Assembly: GCA_963702095.1 (NCBI GenBank)
Contig: OY969706.1
Span: forward strand, 2,016,001-2,080,000
Direction: 5' to 3'
DNA: 64,000 nt
From: Candidatus Bathyarchaeota archaeon
GTDB lineage: Archaea; Thermoproteota; Bathyarchaeia; Bathyarchaeales; Bathycorpusculaceae
Part shown: in pieces, positions 9,377 through 19,788 of the stretch
Numbering within the stretch: position 1 is the stretch's first letter
How the letters are laid out: each line of letters opens with the position of its first letter
Position numbers and translations under genes: made by a program
The notes under the pieces: model-generated
Told to the model about the DNA's origin: nothing
The model's database searches: none
The model's input: the letters and a program-made list of their open reading frames with translations, nothing else

Positions 9377-10279
9377 TCACTCTTTTTCCAGTTCCGCCTT
9401 AGCTTTAGACAACTCTTTCCGTTGCGCATCAGACACAGAAGGATACTTCAAGTCTAGTTTCTGTATTTGAGTAACGATGATTTCGGAGATAAGGGCATGC
9501 GTCACCCATTTTTTGTCTGCGGGAATAATGTACCAAGAAGCCCACTCAGTGCTGGTTCTGCTTAGCATTTCCCCGTATGCCTGCTGGTACTGCTGCCACT
9601 TGGAGCGTTCAGAGAGGTCTGCTAAAGAGAATTTCCAGTATTTATCTGGGTTTTCTAGGCGTTTTAGTAAGCGGTCTTTCTGTTTCTTCTCTGAAATATG
9701 CAAGAAAAACTTGAGTACCACCGTGCCGTTTCGGATTAGATGTCGTTCGAAGCAGTTTATGTCTTCATAGCGTTGACCCCAAAAGGCTTCACCATCGGCA
9801 TGAGGCGGCAACTTGTTTTTTTCTAAAACTTCAGGACGAACCTTCACGACCAAGACGTCTTCGTAGTAAGAGCGGTTAAAGATTCCGATGCGTCCCCTCT
9901 CTGGGAGGGCTTTTTGGTGTCGCCAAAGAAAATCATGGTCAAGTTCCTCCTCACTGGGGGTTTTAAAGCTTGTTACCTCGCATCCCTGCGGATTAACCCC
10001 AGACATAACATGGCGGATGGTGCTGTCTTTGCCTGCGGCATCCATGCCCTGCAGAATAATCAACATTGCGTAGTTATCGCTGGCCCAAAGCAGCTCCTGT
10101 TCGTTTATTAGTTTTTGACGGTTTTCCGCAAGGACCGCTGTCGCGTGTTGTTTTACGGTTTTTTTGTGTTTTTCCTCTCTAACCCACTTCGGAGCCCAGT
10201 TTGAGGGGTAAGTTTTCAAGTCTACTTTTTTGCCGACTGGCACTTTAAAGTCTTCAGGGTGCATTGACATTAAAACCAA
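9377..10279 (-). CDS. ppk2: Polyphosphate kinase 2 family, class III-like polyP:nucleotide phosphotransferase
   Basis: Walker A GMDAAGKDS, GVNPQG, HDFLWR, FNRSYYE, KFFLHIS, WKFS..DL. Confidence 0.93.
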   Translation of the reverse strand: MVLMSMHPEDFKVPVGKKVDLKTYPSNWAPKWVREEKHKKTVKQHATAVLAENRQKLINEQELLWASDNYAMLIILQGMDAAGKDSTIRHVMSGVNPQGCEVTSFKTPSEEELDHDFLWRHQKALPERGRIGIFNRSYYEDVLVVKVRPEVLEKNKLPPHADGEAFWGQRYEDINCFERHLIRNGTVVLKFFLHISEKKQKDRLLKRLENPDKYWKFSLADLSERSKWQQYQQAYGEMLSRTSTEWASWYIIPADKKWVTHALISEIIVTQIQKLDLKYPSVSDAQRKELSKAKAELEKE

Positions 10280-10469
10280 CCTATTGTTTGTAGGTTAATG
10301 TTGCATATATTTGCTAGGGCAACTTCCGCTGTCCCGGTTGAAGAATCCATGGCGTGAATCGTCAGACTTTTTTATAGGAAAACCTAAAAAACAGCAGCTA
10401 CCTTAACAGTAAACTAAGCGACACAGCGAATCAGCACTGTGTTAAGCGACTAATTATCAAAGTTAACTA

Positions 10470-12047
10470 ATGCTTGGAGAGAGGAGTCCCACAATGGTTG
10501 AAAAGCCTGCATTCACCGGTGAAAAGAAAGCCAGCGGTGACAGTGCCAATTGCCATTCAGTCAGCAGCCAAAACATCCACCAGGGCTTATTCGTGCATAT
10601 GAACGATGGATTCGCATACTGCAAAGTAATCTTTGACCAATCAGGCAACCCCATAGACTACGTTTTCTGTGAAGTAAACAAAGCTTTTCGACAGATAACC
10701 AAGATATGTGACAGACCTATAATCGGGGAAAAAACCACCGAGGTCTACCCTTGGTCAAAGACAGAAGCGTCTGAATGGATAAAAATATGCGGCACAATCG
10801 CTCAAACAGGAAAAAGCATGATGTTTGAGGGACAATGCAAATCGTTGAATCGATGGTTTGCAGTTAACGCTTACTGCCCAGAAAAAGGCTATGTCGCCAT
10901 GATAATCAAGGACATCTCTGGGCGCAAAAAAACGGAGCAGGCGCTGAGGCAGAGCGAAAGGCAATATAAGAAACTCGCTAACAGCATAACTGACCCCTTT
11001 TTCGCTTTGGATTCCTGTTTAAAGTTCACTTACTGGAATAAAGCAAGCGAAAAAAGCATGGGAATCAAAAGCGCAGATACGCTGGGGAAACATTTCTTTG
11101 ATGTTTTCGGCCGAACTAGAGCTACCCGCAAAGCCTCCAGCGTCTACCTTGATGTTATGCGGACAAAGTGCCCCCGGACCATTATTGACCGGCTTCCTAA
11201 AGCCGAAGCTGAAACAGTGTTTGAAATCGAAGTGTCCCCCACCGGCAACGGCATTTCAGTGTTAGCTAAAGATATCACGGAACGTAAGAAAAAGCAAATT
11301 ATCATGGAGGAATATGCTAAGCGGCTTGAGGAACTGGTGAAGGTTCGCACGGAGAAGTTGAAAAATGCTGAGCGGTTAGCTGCGATTGGTGAAACTGCAG
11401 GCATGATTGGTCATGACATCCGCAATCCGCTACAATCCATAATCGGTGAATTGTATCTGGCAAAAGATGAGTTAAGTGATCTAGCGGATTTAGGGGCAAA
11501 AGAGAGATTGCTCGACAGCCTCGACCACATCGAAGAACAAACGCTCTACATCAACAAGATTGTGGCGGACCTTCAGGATTTCGCTAAACCCCTAACCCCC
11601 GTCACCACAGAAACCGACCTTGAACAAATAGTTAAAGCGGTAATGCGGGAGTTAGAAGTGCCAGCCAACGTTAAAGCCGCGTATTCGGTTACCAAGCCCT
11701 TTCCACTCCTCAAAACCGACCCCTCGTTTATCAAACGCATCCTCACAAACTTGGTTCGCAACGGCATACAAGCCATGGATGAATACGGAGGCGAATTGTC
11801 GGTGAATGCTTTTCCAAGAGATGGTTCAGTTATACTGGCAGTTTCAGATACTGGCGCAGGTATCCCTGATGCAGTTAAGGAAAAACTGTTCAAACCCCTG
11901 TTTACAACCAAGTCAAAGGGGCAGGGTTTTGGGTTGCCTGTGGTGAAAAAACTAGTTGAGGCGTTAGAGGGAAACGTGAGTTTTGAAACTCAAGTGGGTA
12001 AGGGCACAACTTTTGTTGTTGAATTGCCCTTGAAACGGAAGGTTTAG
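10470..12047 (+). CDS. PAS-PAS histidine kinase (HisKA-HATPase), no cognate response regulator in window
   Basis: Two PAS/PAC segments ending KDI(S/T)..K; H-box GHDIRNPL; N-box NLVRNG; DTGAG, FTTK and GQGFGL. Confidence 0.92.
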   Translation: MLGERSPTMVEKPAFTGEKKASGDSANCHSVSSQNIHQGLFVHMNDGFAYCKVIFDQSGNPIDYVFCEVNKAFRQITKICDRPIIGEKTTEVYPWSKTEASEWIKICGTIAQTGKSMMFEGQCKSLNRWFAVNAYCPEKGYVAMIIKDISGRKKTEQALRQSERQYKKLANSITDPFFALDSCLKFTYWNKASEKSMGIKSADTLGKHFFDVFGRTRATRKASSVYLDVMRTKCPRTIIDRLPKAEAETVFEIEVSPTGNGISVLAKDITERKKKQIIMEEYAKRLEELVKVRTEKLKNAERLAAIGETAGMIGHDIRNPLQSIIGELYLAKDELSDLADLGAKERLLDSLDHIEEQTLYINKIVADLQDFAKPLTPVTTETDLEQIVKAVMRELEVPANVKAAYSVTKPFPLLKTDPSFIKRILTNLVRNGIQAMDEYGGELSVNAFPRDGSVILAVSDTGAGIPDAVKEKLFKPLFTTKSKGQGFGLPVVKKLVEALEGNVSFETQVGKGTTFVVELPLKRKV

Positions 12048-12687
12048 CCTAGGCTGACTTTCTCGCCTGTAACAATGTAGATGATGGATTCACAGACGTA
12101 AACCGCGTGGTCTGCAATGCGCTCGAGATATCGGCTGACCAGTAAGCTCGATATGATGCATTTGTAGTTTGGCGTCTCATGGTCGATTAGTCTAGTTGAA
12201 AGTCTAGGTACATTTTATCGACTTCTCGTTCTATTGGGCAGATGGTTCTTGCATGAACCAAGTCGTGTTTACGCAACGAGTCTATGCTGATTCTCACCAT
12301 GGTGAGCACTTTCTGACTCATTTCTGCAAGGTAATCCCTTGTTGCCTCATCACATGGGTTAAGTCCGCTTAATTGATCATTAATTGAGGAAATGTCAAGT
12401 GCGTATCTGCCATACCTTGCGAAGTCGTTGCCGATTTTCATGTAAGATTTTATGGCGCGTAAATCCGAGGCAACTGGCTGATAACGTGCAATCAACTCAA
12501 AGGTTTTATCTTCCACTTTATCAGCCATCACAACAAGCATGTCGGACATTTCTCGCACTTGGGCTTGGACGCTTTTGCCTTCCAAGTATCCATGTATAGA
12601 CACCGATAAGGCTTCATACGTTAAATCCCCCATGCGAGTCAGCAATACGGACTGTTCTTCTAATCCTTTGTCGATTATTCTACTCAT
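12044..12687 (-). CDS. phoU: Phosphate signalling complex protein PhoU (one-base frameshift near 12199-12201)
   Basis: IARYQPVASDLR in the listed ORF; after ..YLDF the protein continues in another frame as RLIDHETPNYKCIISSLLVSRYLERIADHAVYVCESIIYIVTGEKVSLG to TAA at 12044-12046. Confidence 0.9.
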
Positions 12688-12699
12688 CTAACTGGTCCC

Positions 12700-13473
12700 T
12701 TATCCGAATTCTCCTGTTATGTACTTCTCAGTTAATTGGTTTTTCGGAGACTCAAAAATCTCTTTCGTAGAACCATACTCGATTAAAGAGCCCAAGTATA
12801 AGAAGGCGGTGTAATCGGATACTCGGGAAGCTTGCTGCATGTTATGGGTAACGATGACAACAGTATAGTTTTTCTTTAATTCAACGACTAAACGTTCAAT
12901 CTTTGAAGAGGCAATAGGGTCCAAAGCAGAGGTAGGTTCATCCATCAAGATAACTTCGGGCGCCAAGGCAATTGCACGGGCAATACACAAGCGTTGTTGC
13001 TGCCCGCCTGAAATGCTTGTACCCGGTTTCTTGAGGTCATCTTTGACTTCCTCCCAAAGGGTTGCTTGTTGCAGGCTATGTTTGACAACTTCGTCAAGGT
13101 TCTTTCCTTTTCTTGCGCCTGTTAATTTTAAACCTGCTGCAACATTGTCATAAATGGACATGGTGGGAAAGGGGTTTGGTTTTTGGAAAACCATGCCAAC
13201 TCGCCTCCGTATCATTACTGCATCAACGTTTGGAGCGTAAATGTTTTCGCCATCCAAGAGTACCTGCCCAGACATCTTGGCACCGGGGACTAATTCATGC
13301 ATTCGGTTGAGAATGCGGATAAAAGTAGATTTGCCGCATCCTGAAGGGCCAATTAACGCGGTAACTGCGTTGGTTATGATTGGTACGTTTATGTCTTTGA
13401 GGGCTTGCTTTGTTCCAAACCAAGCGTTCAATCCTATGCTTTGCATTTTAATGTTTTCTGAGTCATACGTCAT
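12700..13473 (-). CDS. pstB: Phosphate ABC transporter ATPase
   Basis: [47 protein letters not shown]. Confidence 0.97.
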   Translation of the reverse strand: MTYDSENIKMQSIGLNAWFGTKQALKDINVPIITNAVTALIGPSGCGKSTFIRILNRMHELVPGAKMSGQVLLDGENIYAPNVDAVMIRRRVGMVFQKPNPFPTMSIYDNVAAGLKLTGARKGKNLDEVVKHSLQQATLWEEVKDDLKKPGTSISGGQQQRLCIARAIALAPEVILMDEPTSALDPIASSKIERLVVELKKNYTVVIVTHNMQQASRVSDYTAFLYLGSLIEYGSTKEIFESPKNQLTEKYITGEFG

Positions 13474-14339
13474 CTTGCTACTCCTCCATATCGATCTCTA
13501 GTGGCTAATCTAACGCCTACGTTAAGAGCCAATACTATTAAAATCAACACTAACGATGCACCCCAAGCTTGAGCTTGTGTTTCTAAGGAGGGCATTCTTG
13601 AATCATAGAAAATTCTAAGGGGCAATGCATCCATCGGCGAACTGAGTCCTTGAAAGAAGAAACTACTGCCCAGAATCGTAAGCAGTATGGGCGCGGTTTC
13701 TCCTGCGATTCTTGCGACCGCAAGTAATGTTCCGGTAACTAAGCCGCCTTTTGCTGAAGGTATTACTATGCTAAGGATGGTTCGCCATCGGTGGACGCCT
13801 AAAGCCATTGATGCTTCACGCACGCTGGTGGGTACAAGTTTGAGGGATTCCTCAGTTGTTCTTGCCACAATGGGAATCATCATGAAAGAAAGTGCGATGG
13901 CTCCAGCAATCGGTGAGAAGCCCATGCGTATTAAACCCACAACAATTAAGCTGTAAGCTGTGATGCCAACGATTATTGAGGGAAACTCTGTTAATATGTC
14001 GTTGATTGTCCGCATCCAGGTGGCATACTTGTTATTTCCGTATTCAGCAAGGTATACGCCGGATAATACACCGAGCGGAATTCCTATGAGGCTGGTTAAA
14101 CCCAAAAGAATTAAAGTTCCCTGAATAGCTGGTCCAATACCCCCCTGTAATCCGTTAGCAGTTAAAAAGTGCAGGTTAATTACGGGAGCACCTCGGGCTA
14201 TTACTTCAAAGAGGATACTTAACAGAGGCACAATTGCAATTAGGACGCAGAGGAGACAGAGCACGTAGAAGAACTTGTTCCTGAATTTGCGAAAGTGATA
14301 GTTGTCAAGTTTTATTTTTTGGAGGATACGGTTTGCCAT
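13470..14339 (-). CDS. pstA: Phosphate ABC transporter permease
   Basis: [27 protein letters not shown]; operon context. Confidence 0.95.
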   Translation of the reverse strand: MANRILQKIKLDNYHFRKFRNKFFYVLCLLCVLIAIVPLLSILFEVIARGAPVINLHFLTANGLQGGIGPAIQGTLILLGLTSLIGIPLGVLSGVYLAEYGNNKYATWMRTINDILTEFPSIIVGITAYSLIVVGLIRMGFSPIAGAIALSFMMIPIVARTTEESLKLVPTSVREASMALGVHRWRTILSIVIPSAKGGLVTGTLLAVARIAGETAPILLTILGSSFFFQGLSSPMDALPLRIFYDSRMPSLETQAQAWGASLVLILIVLALNVGVRLATRDRYGGVAR

Positions 14340-15274
14340 TACTCTACAGCGCCTCCTTTTACTTTCAGAACACGAGTAACCATTACATGAGCTATGACGT
14401 TTATGATTAAACTGATTGCAAGCAGAACTAATCCTGCAGCGATGTATGCTGAACCTTCAATTGGTGATTGGGAATCGAAGAAGCCGTTGGCTATCAATGA
14501 AGGCAAAGTTTGGCCTGGCTGAAACAGTGTAGTGGGCATAGCGGCTGGACCTGTGGCGTTGCCTATTACCATGGTTACAGCCATAGTTTCACCTACTGCT
14601 CGGCCTAAACCGAGAATGACTGCTCCGAAGATTCCAGAGCGTCCATAGCTGAGAACCCAATGTCGGATAACTTCCCATTTTGTAGCTCCAATGCTGTAGG
14701 CGCCTTCTCTAATCGAGTCTGGAACTGCAGCGATGACTTCTCGAGAGACTGAAGCAACTGTGGGAATAATCATTATGGATAGAATCAAGCCTGCAGTTAG
14801 GAAATCTAAGCCGAAGGGAGTTCCGCTGAATATGGGAATCCATCCGAGGTAGGTGTTGAGGGGAATTTCAATGTAGTCTAAGACCCAAAAACGCAGAACA
14901 AACAAGCCCCAGAGCCCAAAAATAACACTGGGTACGGCTGCAAGCATCTCTACCAGGTAGGAAAAGGGAACTTTCACGAATTTAGGAGCCATCTCTACAA
15001 TAAAAATGGCGATTCCTATGCTTAAGGGTACACCGATTAATAGAGCGATTCCGGATGTTATGAGTGTACCAAGAATGTAGGGCAGAACCCCAAAAGATGC
15101 AATACCAGGATTCCAGTTTATCCCTGTTAAGAATCTAACTCCAAATTCGCTTAGAGCTAAGGTTGATCCGGAAACTAGGACATAAGTATTCAAGATAAAG
15201 ACGACGGCGGCTGATGCGGCGATTACTGCGACCAATATCTGGAAGACTTTATCGCCAGTTAGCTTACGCGTCAT
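14339..15274 (-). CDS. pstC: Phosphate ABC transporter permease
   Basis: LAAVPSVIFGLWG, MIIPT, GLGRAVGETMAV. Confidence 0.95.
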   Translation of the reverse strand: MTRKLTGDKVFQILVAVIAASAAVVFILNTYVLVSGSTLALSEFGVRFLTGINWNPGIASFGVLPYILGTLITSGIALLIGVPLSIGIAIFIVEMAPKFVKVPFSYLVEMLAAVPSVIFGLWGLFVLRFWVLDYIEIPLNTYLGWIPIFSGTPFGLDFLTAGLILSIMIIPTVASVSREVIAAVPDSIREGAYSIGATKWEVIRHWVLSYGRSGIFGAVILGLGRAVGETMAVTMVIGNATGPAAMPTTLFQPGQTLPSLIANGFFDSQSPIEGSAYIAAGLVLLAISLIINVIAHVMVTRVLKVKGGAVE

Positions 15275-15349
15275 ACAAATCTGCCTGAGTTTTTAAACTT
15301 GAAAGAAAAAAAAGGTTTTGGAGTTTGATTCGTCATATCATCGTCGCAT

Positions 15350-16444
15350 TTAATGGGTCGGTATGGCTTGTCCGTTGAAAGTTATTGAGTTAAGCGTTGC
15401 TTCGTCGATCTGAACTAGGTTTGAGGGAAGCGTTGCATATTCTAGTGAAGGCGCAAGTTGCTGACCGTCATGCACTACATACCACATGTATTGCACAATT
15501 GCTGTTGCTTTGTCTATTGTCATGCCATCGACTACGCCGAGGTCTTTGTATATCAACATGTATGTTGGAGTCACAATTGGGTAGGCTTGAGCACCCGAGG
15601 TGTTGAGTATGGAAACATCTGCCCAACTGTCACTTCCAGACGGAAGGGAACTTGGAAGCGCTTGAGCTGCTGCTGTTGTTGAGTCCAGTGTGGGGAGAAT
15701 ATAGTTGCCCGCTGGGTTTTGGATTGCTGCCACGGTTACGTCGTTTTGTAAGGCGTAGGCTAATTCGATGTATCCGATGGCATAGTCTGTTGTGGTGACT
15801 GTCGCTGCAACGGCTGAGTTGCCGCTTTGACCTGTTCCGACTGGCCATTGAACAGTGGTGTTTGCTCCGACGTGTGTACTCCATGTGTTACTGACTAGTG
15901 AGAGGTATTTTGTGAACCAGTTGGTTGTTCCTGAACCGTCTGATCTGTGTACAACAGCTATGGAGTGGTGTGGTAACGTCAAGTCTGGGTTGAGCGCTAC
16001 GATAGCTGGGTCATCCCACGTTGTTATTGTGCCAAGGAAGATGTTAGCGATTACAGGACCTGAGAGTTTTAGACCGGAGTCAATACCGGGTAGGTTGTAA
16101 GCGACTGTGATTGCACCGATGGTTTCTGGGATGTGGACGGTGTCAGGCGCTGCTGCTCTCTGAGAAGCAGACAAGGGCGCGTCTGAACATGCGAAGTCAA
16201 CGACTTTGTTTGTGAGGTCGCTGACACCTTTGCCGCTGCCGCCACCTTGATAGTTAATTTGTACATTTGGTTTCATGGAAGAGTATTCGGTTATTGTTGC
16301 ATTAAGGAATGGCTGGGGGAAAGTTGCGCCTGAAGCGGTTAAAGCGATTGTGGGAGTGCTTGGGGTTGATAGATAGACGTATGCTGCTACACCGCCGATT
16401 ATTATTACGATTGCGACTATTGCTAATATGATTGAAGTCTTCAA
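15350..16444 (-). CDS. pstS: Phosphate ABC transporter substrate-binding protein
   Basis: N-terminal membrane anchor; SGATFP, YQGGGSGKG, DFACSD, HRSDGSGTT, GYIE, YPI. Confidence 0.96.
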   Translation of the reverse strand: MKTSIILAIVAIVIIIGGVAAYVYLSTPSTPTIALTASGATFPQPFLNATITEYSSMKPNVQINYQGGGSGKGVSDLTNKVVDFACSDAPLSASQRAAAPDTVHIPETIGAITVAYNLPGIDSGLKLSGPVIANIFLGTITTWDDPAIVALNPDLTLPHHSIAVVHRSDGSGTTNWFTKYLSLVSNTWSTHVGANTTVQWPVGTGQSGNSAVAATVTTTDYAIGYIELAYALQNDVTVAAIQNPAGNYILPTLDSTTAAAQALPSSLPSGSDSWADVSILNTSGAQAYPIVTPTYMLIYKDLGVVDGMTIDKATAIVQYMWYVVHDGQQLAPSLEYATLPSNLVQIDEATLNSITFNGQAIPTH

Positions 16445-16582
16445 ACTTATTTCCTCACTTGCCCTAATTGGAAAATAAGTTACTTATATTGAACCTACGT
16501 ACAAGCTATAAACTATATAGATATAGCATATATAATTAGTAGATGCTAAAGACACTATATTAGAGCAGGTTGAGACTTTCTC

Positions 16583-17632
16583 TTGACTAAAGAAGAAGCA
16601 AAACTAAACGAGGAACAACGGAAACTCCAAGTCACAGGCGGATCAACTTTCATACTGTCGCTTCCCAAAGAGTGGGCAACGAAAAATGAACTTAAACGCG
16701 GAAGCTCGATGCTGGTCCGCGAAGAAGACGATGGCTCACTGTCTATTGCGCCCGCAAGTTTTCCTAAAAAAGAAAAACAAGACGAAGCCTTCATTAGGGT
16801 AGGACAAACCGACAACCCTGACGCCGTAATGCGGACAGCAATATCAGCCTACTTAAACGGCTACAACATACTCCACATTCGATCACAAGGACAAAAAGTC
16901 CTCTCATCTAAACTACGCAACCACCTCAAACACTTCGCAAGACACTACCTAGTGGGCACAGAAATCGTCATAGACACACCCACAGATTTAACGTTACAGG
17001 TTTTGCTCAATTATCCTGAATTAACGGTGCAGAATGCTTTGAGTCGCATGGCAATCATCGCTTCATCCATGCATAAAGAAGCTATCTCGGCACTCAAAAA
17101 ACTGGATACCCAGAGCGCTAAAGCAGTTATCGAAACAGACCGCGAAGTCAACCGTTTCGGCCTCTATATCGTACGCCTGTTGAAGCTGGCGGTTTCAAAC
17201 CAGAGGATAGTTAAAGAAATTGGGTTAAGCTACCAAAAAGAATGCTTGGGCTATAGGCTAATCGCTAAAGCGGTAGAGAGAACCGCTGATCACGCCACAA
17301 AAATCGCTGAAAACACTCTGCTACTCAAGGAGCCAGCAAACGCAGAATTCCTCGAAAAAATCAGCCAGCTAAGTGAGTCGGCGAATTCAATGTTTGACAA
17401 CGCAATGGAAGCCCTCTTCAAACGTGACTTTAACTTAGCCGAAAATGTCCTTGAGAAACTCAGTTACGTACATAAAGTTGAGGAAGAAACAGTATTGCGC
17501 TTGCCTAACGCAAAAGTCGATGACATGGTCAACTTGAGGTTGATAATTGAAAGCGTCAGGCGTACTGCGGAGTATGCAAGTGATATTTCTGAAGTTGTGC
17601 TTAACCTTAATGTTGAATCGGTCTTAAGCTAA
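16583..17632 (+). CDS. Archaeal AbrB-PhoU phosphate uptake regulator
   Basis: N-terminal RKLQVTGGST...LPKEW (AbrB fold) plus two PhoU repeats (VERTADHA, VRRTAEYA); divergent from pstS. Confidence 0.9.
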   Translation: MTKEEAKLNEEQRKLQVTGGSTFILSLPKEWATKNELKRGSSMLVREEDDGSLSIAPASFPKKEKQDEAFIRVGQTDNPDAVMRTAISAYLNGYNILHIRSQGQKVLSSKLRNHLKHFARHYLVGTEIVIDTPTDLTLQVLLNYPELTVQNALSRMAIIASSMHKEAISALKKLDTQSAKAVIETDREVNRFGLYIVRLLKLAVSNQRIVKEIGLSYQKECLGYRLIAKAVERTADHATKIAENTLLLKEPANAEFLEKISQLSESANSMFDNAMEALFKRDFNLAENVLEKLSYVHKVEEETVLRLPNAKVDDMVNLRLIIESVRRTAEYASDISEVVLNLNVESVLS

Positions 17633-17726
17633 TTTTTTTCTTCCAGAATCCTTTTTTGATTGCTTACGAAGCGCTTGAAGGCTATGTTTTAAAATAAAAA
17701 AGTATCGTTAAGTGAGTTAGTTTGGC

Positions 17727-17897
17727 TCACTGGTATTGCAGGAAGCAAACAACGTTTTGGGTGTCTATTATACTGCCGTTGTCTATTAGATGGGCGGTTC
17801 CATCTGGACAGTAGACTTTGTCGCCCACTATGGCTTTTTTGTAGCGTGCACTGCATTCTTTTAGTTTACAGCAGCCATCACAATCTCTTGACAGCAT
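17727..17897 (-). CDS. Small Cys/His-rich putative metal-binding protein (56 aa, not in ORF track)
   Basis: Manual translation MLSRDCDGCCKLKECSARYKKAIVGDKVYCPDGTAHLID...; AGGAGA upstream; alternative in-frame ATG at 17906. Confidence 0.6.
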   Translation of the reverse strand: MLSRDCDGCCKLKECSARYKKAIVGDKVYCPDGTAHLIDNGSIIDTQNVVCFLQYQ

Positions 17898-18053
17898 ACG
17901 TATCATCTCTCCTTGTTTTCAATAGTGTATCACCGGAATACGCCTATATAGATAATCTTCATAAAATATATACTCTAAATATCCAGGCGTGCCATCCGAA
18001 AGACCACTAACAAAGAGGAAACTTTAAGAAACAAGAACCCCAAAATCAACCAG

Positions 18054-18710
18054 ATGCAACATAACAGGTTAAAAGCCAAAGGCATATTCTTAGATTTAGA
18101 CGGAACCCTCGTCGACTCCACAGACGCCTACATAGAAGCCGCACGCATCGCCTTTACAGCCCTCAATAAACCCTTACCGCCAAAAGAAATTTTACTGGAA
18201 ATCCCCCGCCGCATAGAACAGCGGTTAAGCATCGACGGTTACACCGAGGGCTGCACCCAAAAGTTTCTGCCCATATACCTCCAAGCATACTACTCCACCA
18301 CAGAGAAACACGCAAAACTCCTCCCCAACGTGGCAGCCGCCCTCGACACCTTATCAAAAAAATCCAAGCTTGCACTCATCACCATGCGCCATGTACCCAA
18401 CGAAGTCATCTATAAAGAACTGGATTACCTCGGTATTGCCAAGTATTTCAGCCATATTATGACTGCACTGGACACAGCTAAACCGAAGCCTTCACCTGAA
18501 GCGTTAATCCGCTGTGTGGAAACCTTGGATTTAGAGATGCACCAGTGCCTCATCGCCGGCGACTCCATTAACGATATGCGGGCGGGAAAAGCGGCAGGCG
18601 CAAAAACCGTGGCGGTGCTCTCAGGACTCTATGGAAAAGAGGAATTGGCAAAGGAATATCCCGATTTAATGTTGGCGGATGTTAGTTTGTTGCCAGAGCA
18701 TGTTGAATAG
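18054..18710 (+). CDS. HAD-superfamily hydrolase (phosphoglycolate phosphatase-like)
   Basis: DLDGTLVDS, KPKPSP, GDSINDM..GKAAG. Confidence 0.92.
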   Translation: MQHNRLKAKGIFLDLDGTLVDSTDAYIEAARIAFTALNKPLPPKEILLEIPRRIEQRLSIDGYTEGCTQKFLPIYLQAYYSTTEKHAKLLPNVAAALDTLSKKSKLALITMRHVPNEVIYKELDYLGIAKYFSHIMTALDTAKPKPSPEALIRCVETLDLEMHQCLIAGDSINDMRAGKAAGAKTVAVLSGLYGKEELAKEYPDLMLADVSLLPEHVE

Positions 18711-18810
18711 GACTTCTTTGGATATATCGATTCCCGTAATATTACCAGTTTTTGCTTAAGGCGTTATATGTGAACTAACAAAATAAAGTTTAATTGGAAC
18801 CTCAATCTTT

Positions 18811-19458
18811 ATGGTTGTGGAGAGGGCTTCAGCGGGAATCATAATGAATTTCGTAGAGATTATGATAGGGGAGAAATTAAGGGACGCCGATCCAGCCTTG
18901 GATATTATGGGTTCGGACCGCAAAGTCTTGCAAGTGGCGTGTCAGGACTTCACAAACTACCTTAAATTCCATTGGAACCTAATTGGGAAAGAGGCAAACC
19001 AATGCGAAACGGTAGAAAAACTCGAGACACTTTTCAAAGAAAACGCTGATGAACTAGACGCATTTTTAACTGTCTGGTGCAACATCTGGTTTAAGAAGTG
19101 GAAGCAACGGGTCAAACTGCTCATCGGCAACCAAAACGCCAACAAATGGAATAAAATGACCAAAAACATAACCGACGCAGAACCCCTCTGGCACAAAATC
19201 GAGCGCAAACAGGAACTCCAAGAAATCGTCGTTGCAACTCTGATTAAAAACGGGGAAATTTGCGGTACAGAAATTTTAGCCGAGAATCTCCTCAAGATGG
19301 AGCTTGGCGAAAAATCTGTCCAAAACTTAACTGAAAGGGAAAGGGTGCTTATTATTTTGAACAATTCGTTGCGTAAGGCGCGTGAGATGGCGCAAAGCCG
19401 TGGTCCCCTGATCTTCGTTAAGATCGATAAGGGCTACTATAACACGGCAGCTGAGTAA
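18811..19458 (+). CDS. Hypothetical protein
   Basis: 215-aa ORF filling the gap between genes; no recognisable motif. Confidence 0.7.
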   Translation: MVVERASAGIIMNFVEIMIGEKLRDADPALDIMGSDRKVLQVACQDFTNYLKFHWNLIGKEANQCETVEKLETLFKENADELDAFLTVWCNIWFKKWKQRVKLLIGNQNANKWNKMTKNITDAEPLWHKIERKQELQEIVVATLIKNGEICGTEILAENLLKMELGEKSVQNLTERERVLIILNNSLRKAREMAQSRGPLIFVKIDKGYYNTAAE

Positions 19459-19594
19459 ACTTCCCTAACTTTCCTTTTGTGATTACTGAACGGTTTTTGT
19501 GTTTTAATGCATACGCTATGCTGATTTGATGCTAAAAAGAATGTAACAAATTGAAAGGACAAACGCTTGCTTTAAAAGAGAGTTTTGGCGGCGT

Positions 19595-19783
19595 TCAACA
19601 GACTCTTTGCCTCTGTAGAGTCTTGGTTCGCCAACTGTAGCGCCTCATGGTTGCTTGTTCGCCGTAACCGCAGGCTCCACAGCGTTTGTTGCGTACGTGA
19701 TAGGCACGTCTGCCGCAGCGCCTACATTTTATGTGGACAACTTTGCCCTGGCGCTTGCCCATCGAAGGAGTACCCTTACCCAT
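19595..19783 (-). CDS. rpl37e: Large ribosomal subunit protein L37e
   Basis: MGKGTPSMGKR..HIKCRRCGRRAYH....CGACGYG; follows lsm, a conserved archaeal pair. Confidence 0.97.
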   Translation of the reverse strand: MGKGTPSMGKRQGKVVHIKCRRCGRRAYHVRNKRCGACGYGEQATMRRYSWRTKTLQRQRVC

Positions 19784-19788
19784 TTAAC

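Noticed and set aside
12190-12210. Programmed ribosomal frameshift in phoU
   Set aside because: No canonical slippery heptamer, and similar indels occur in unrelated genes
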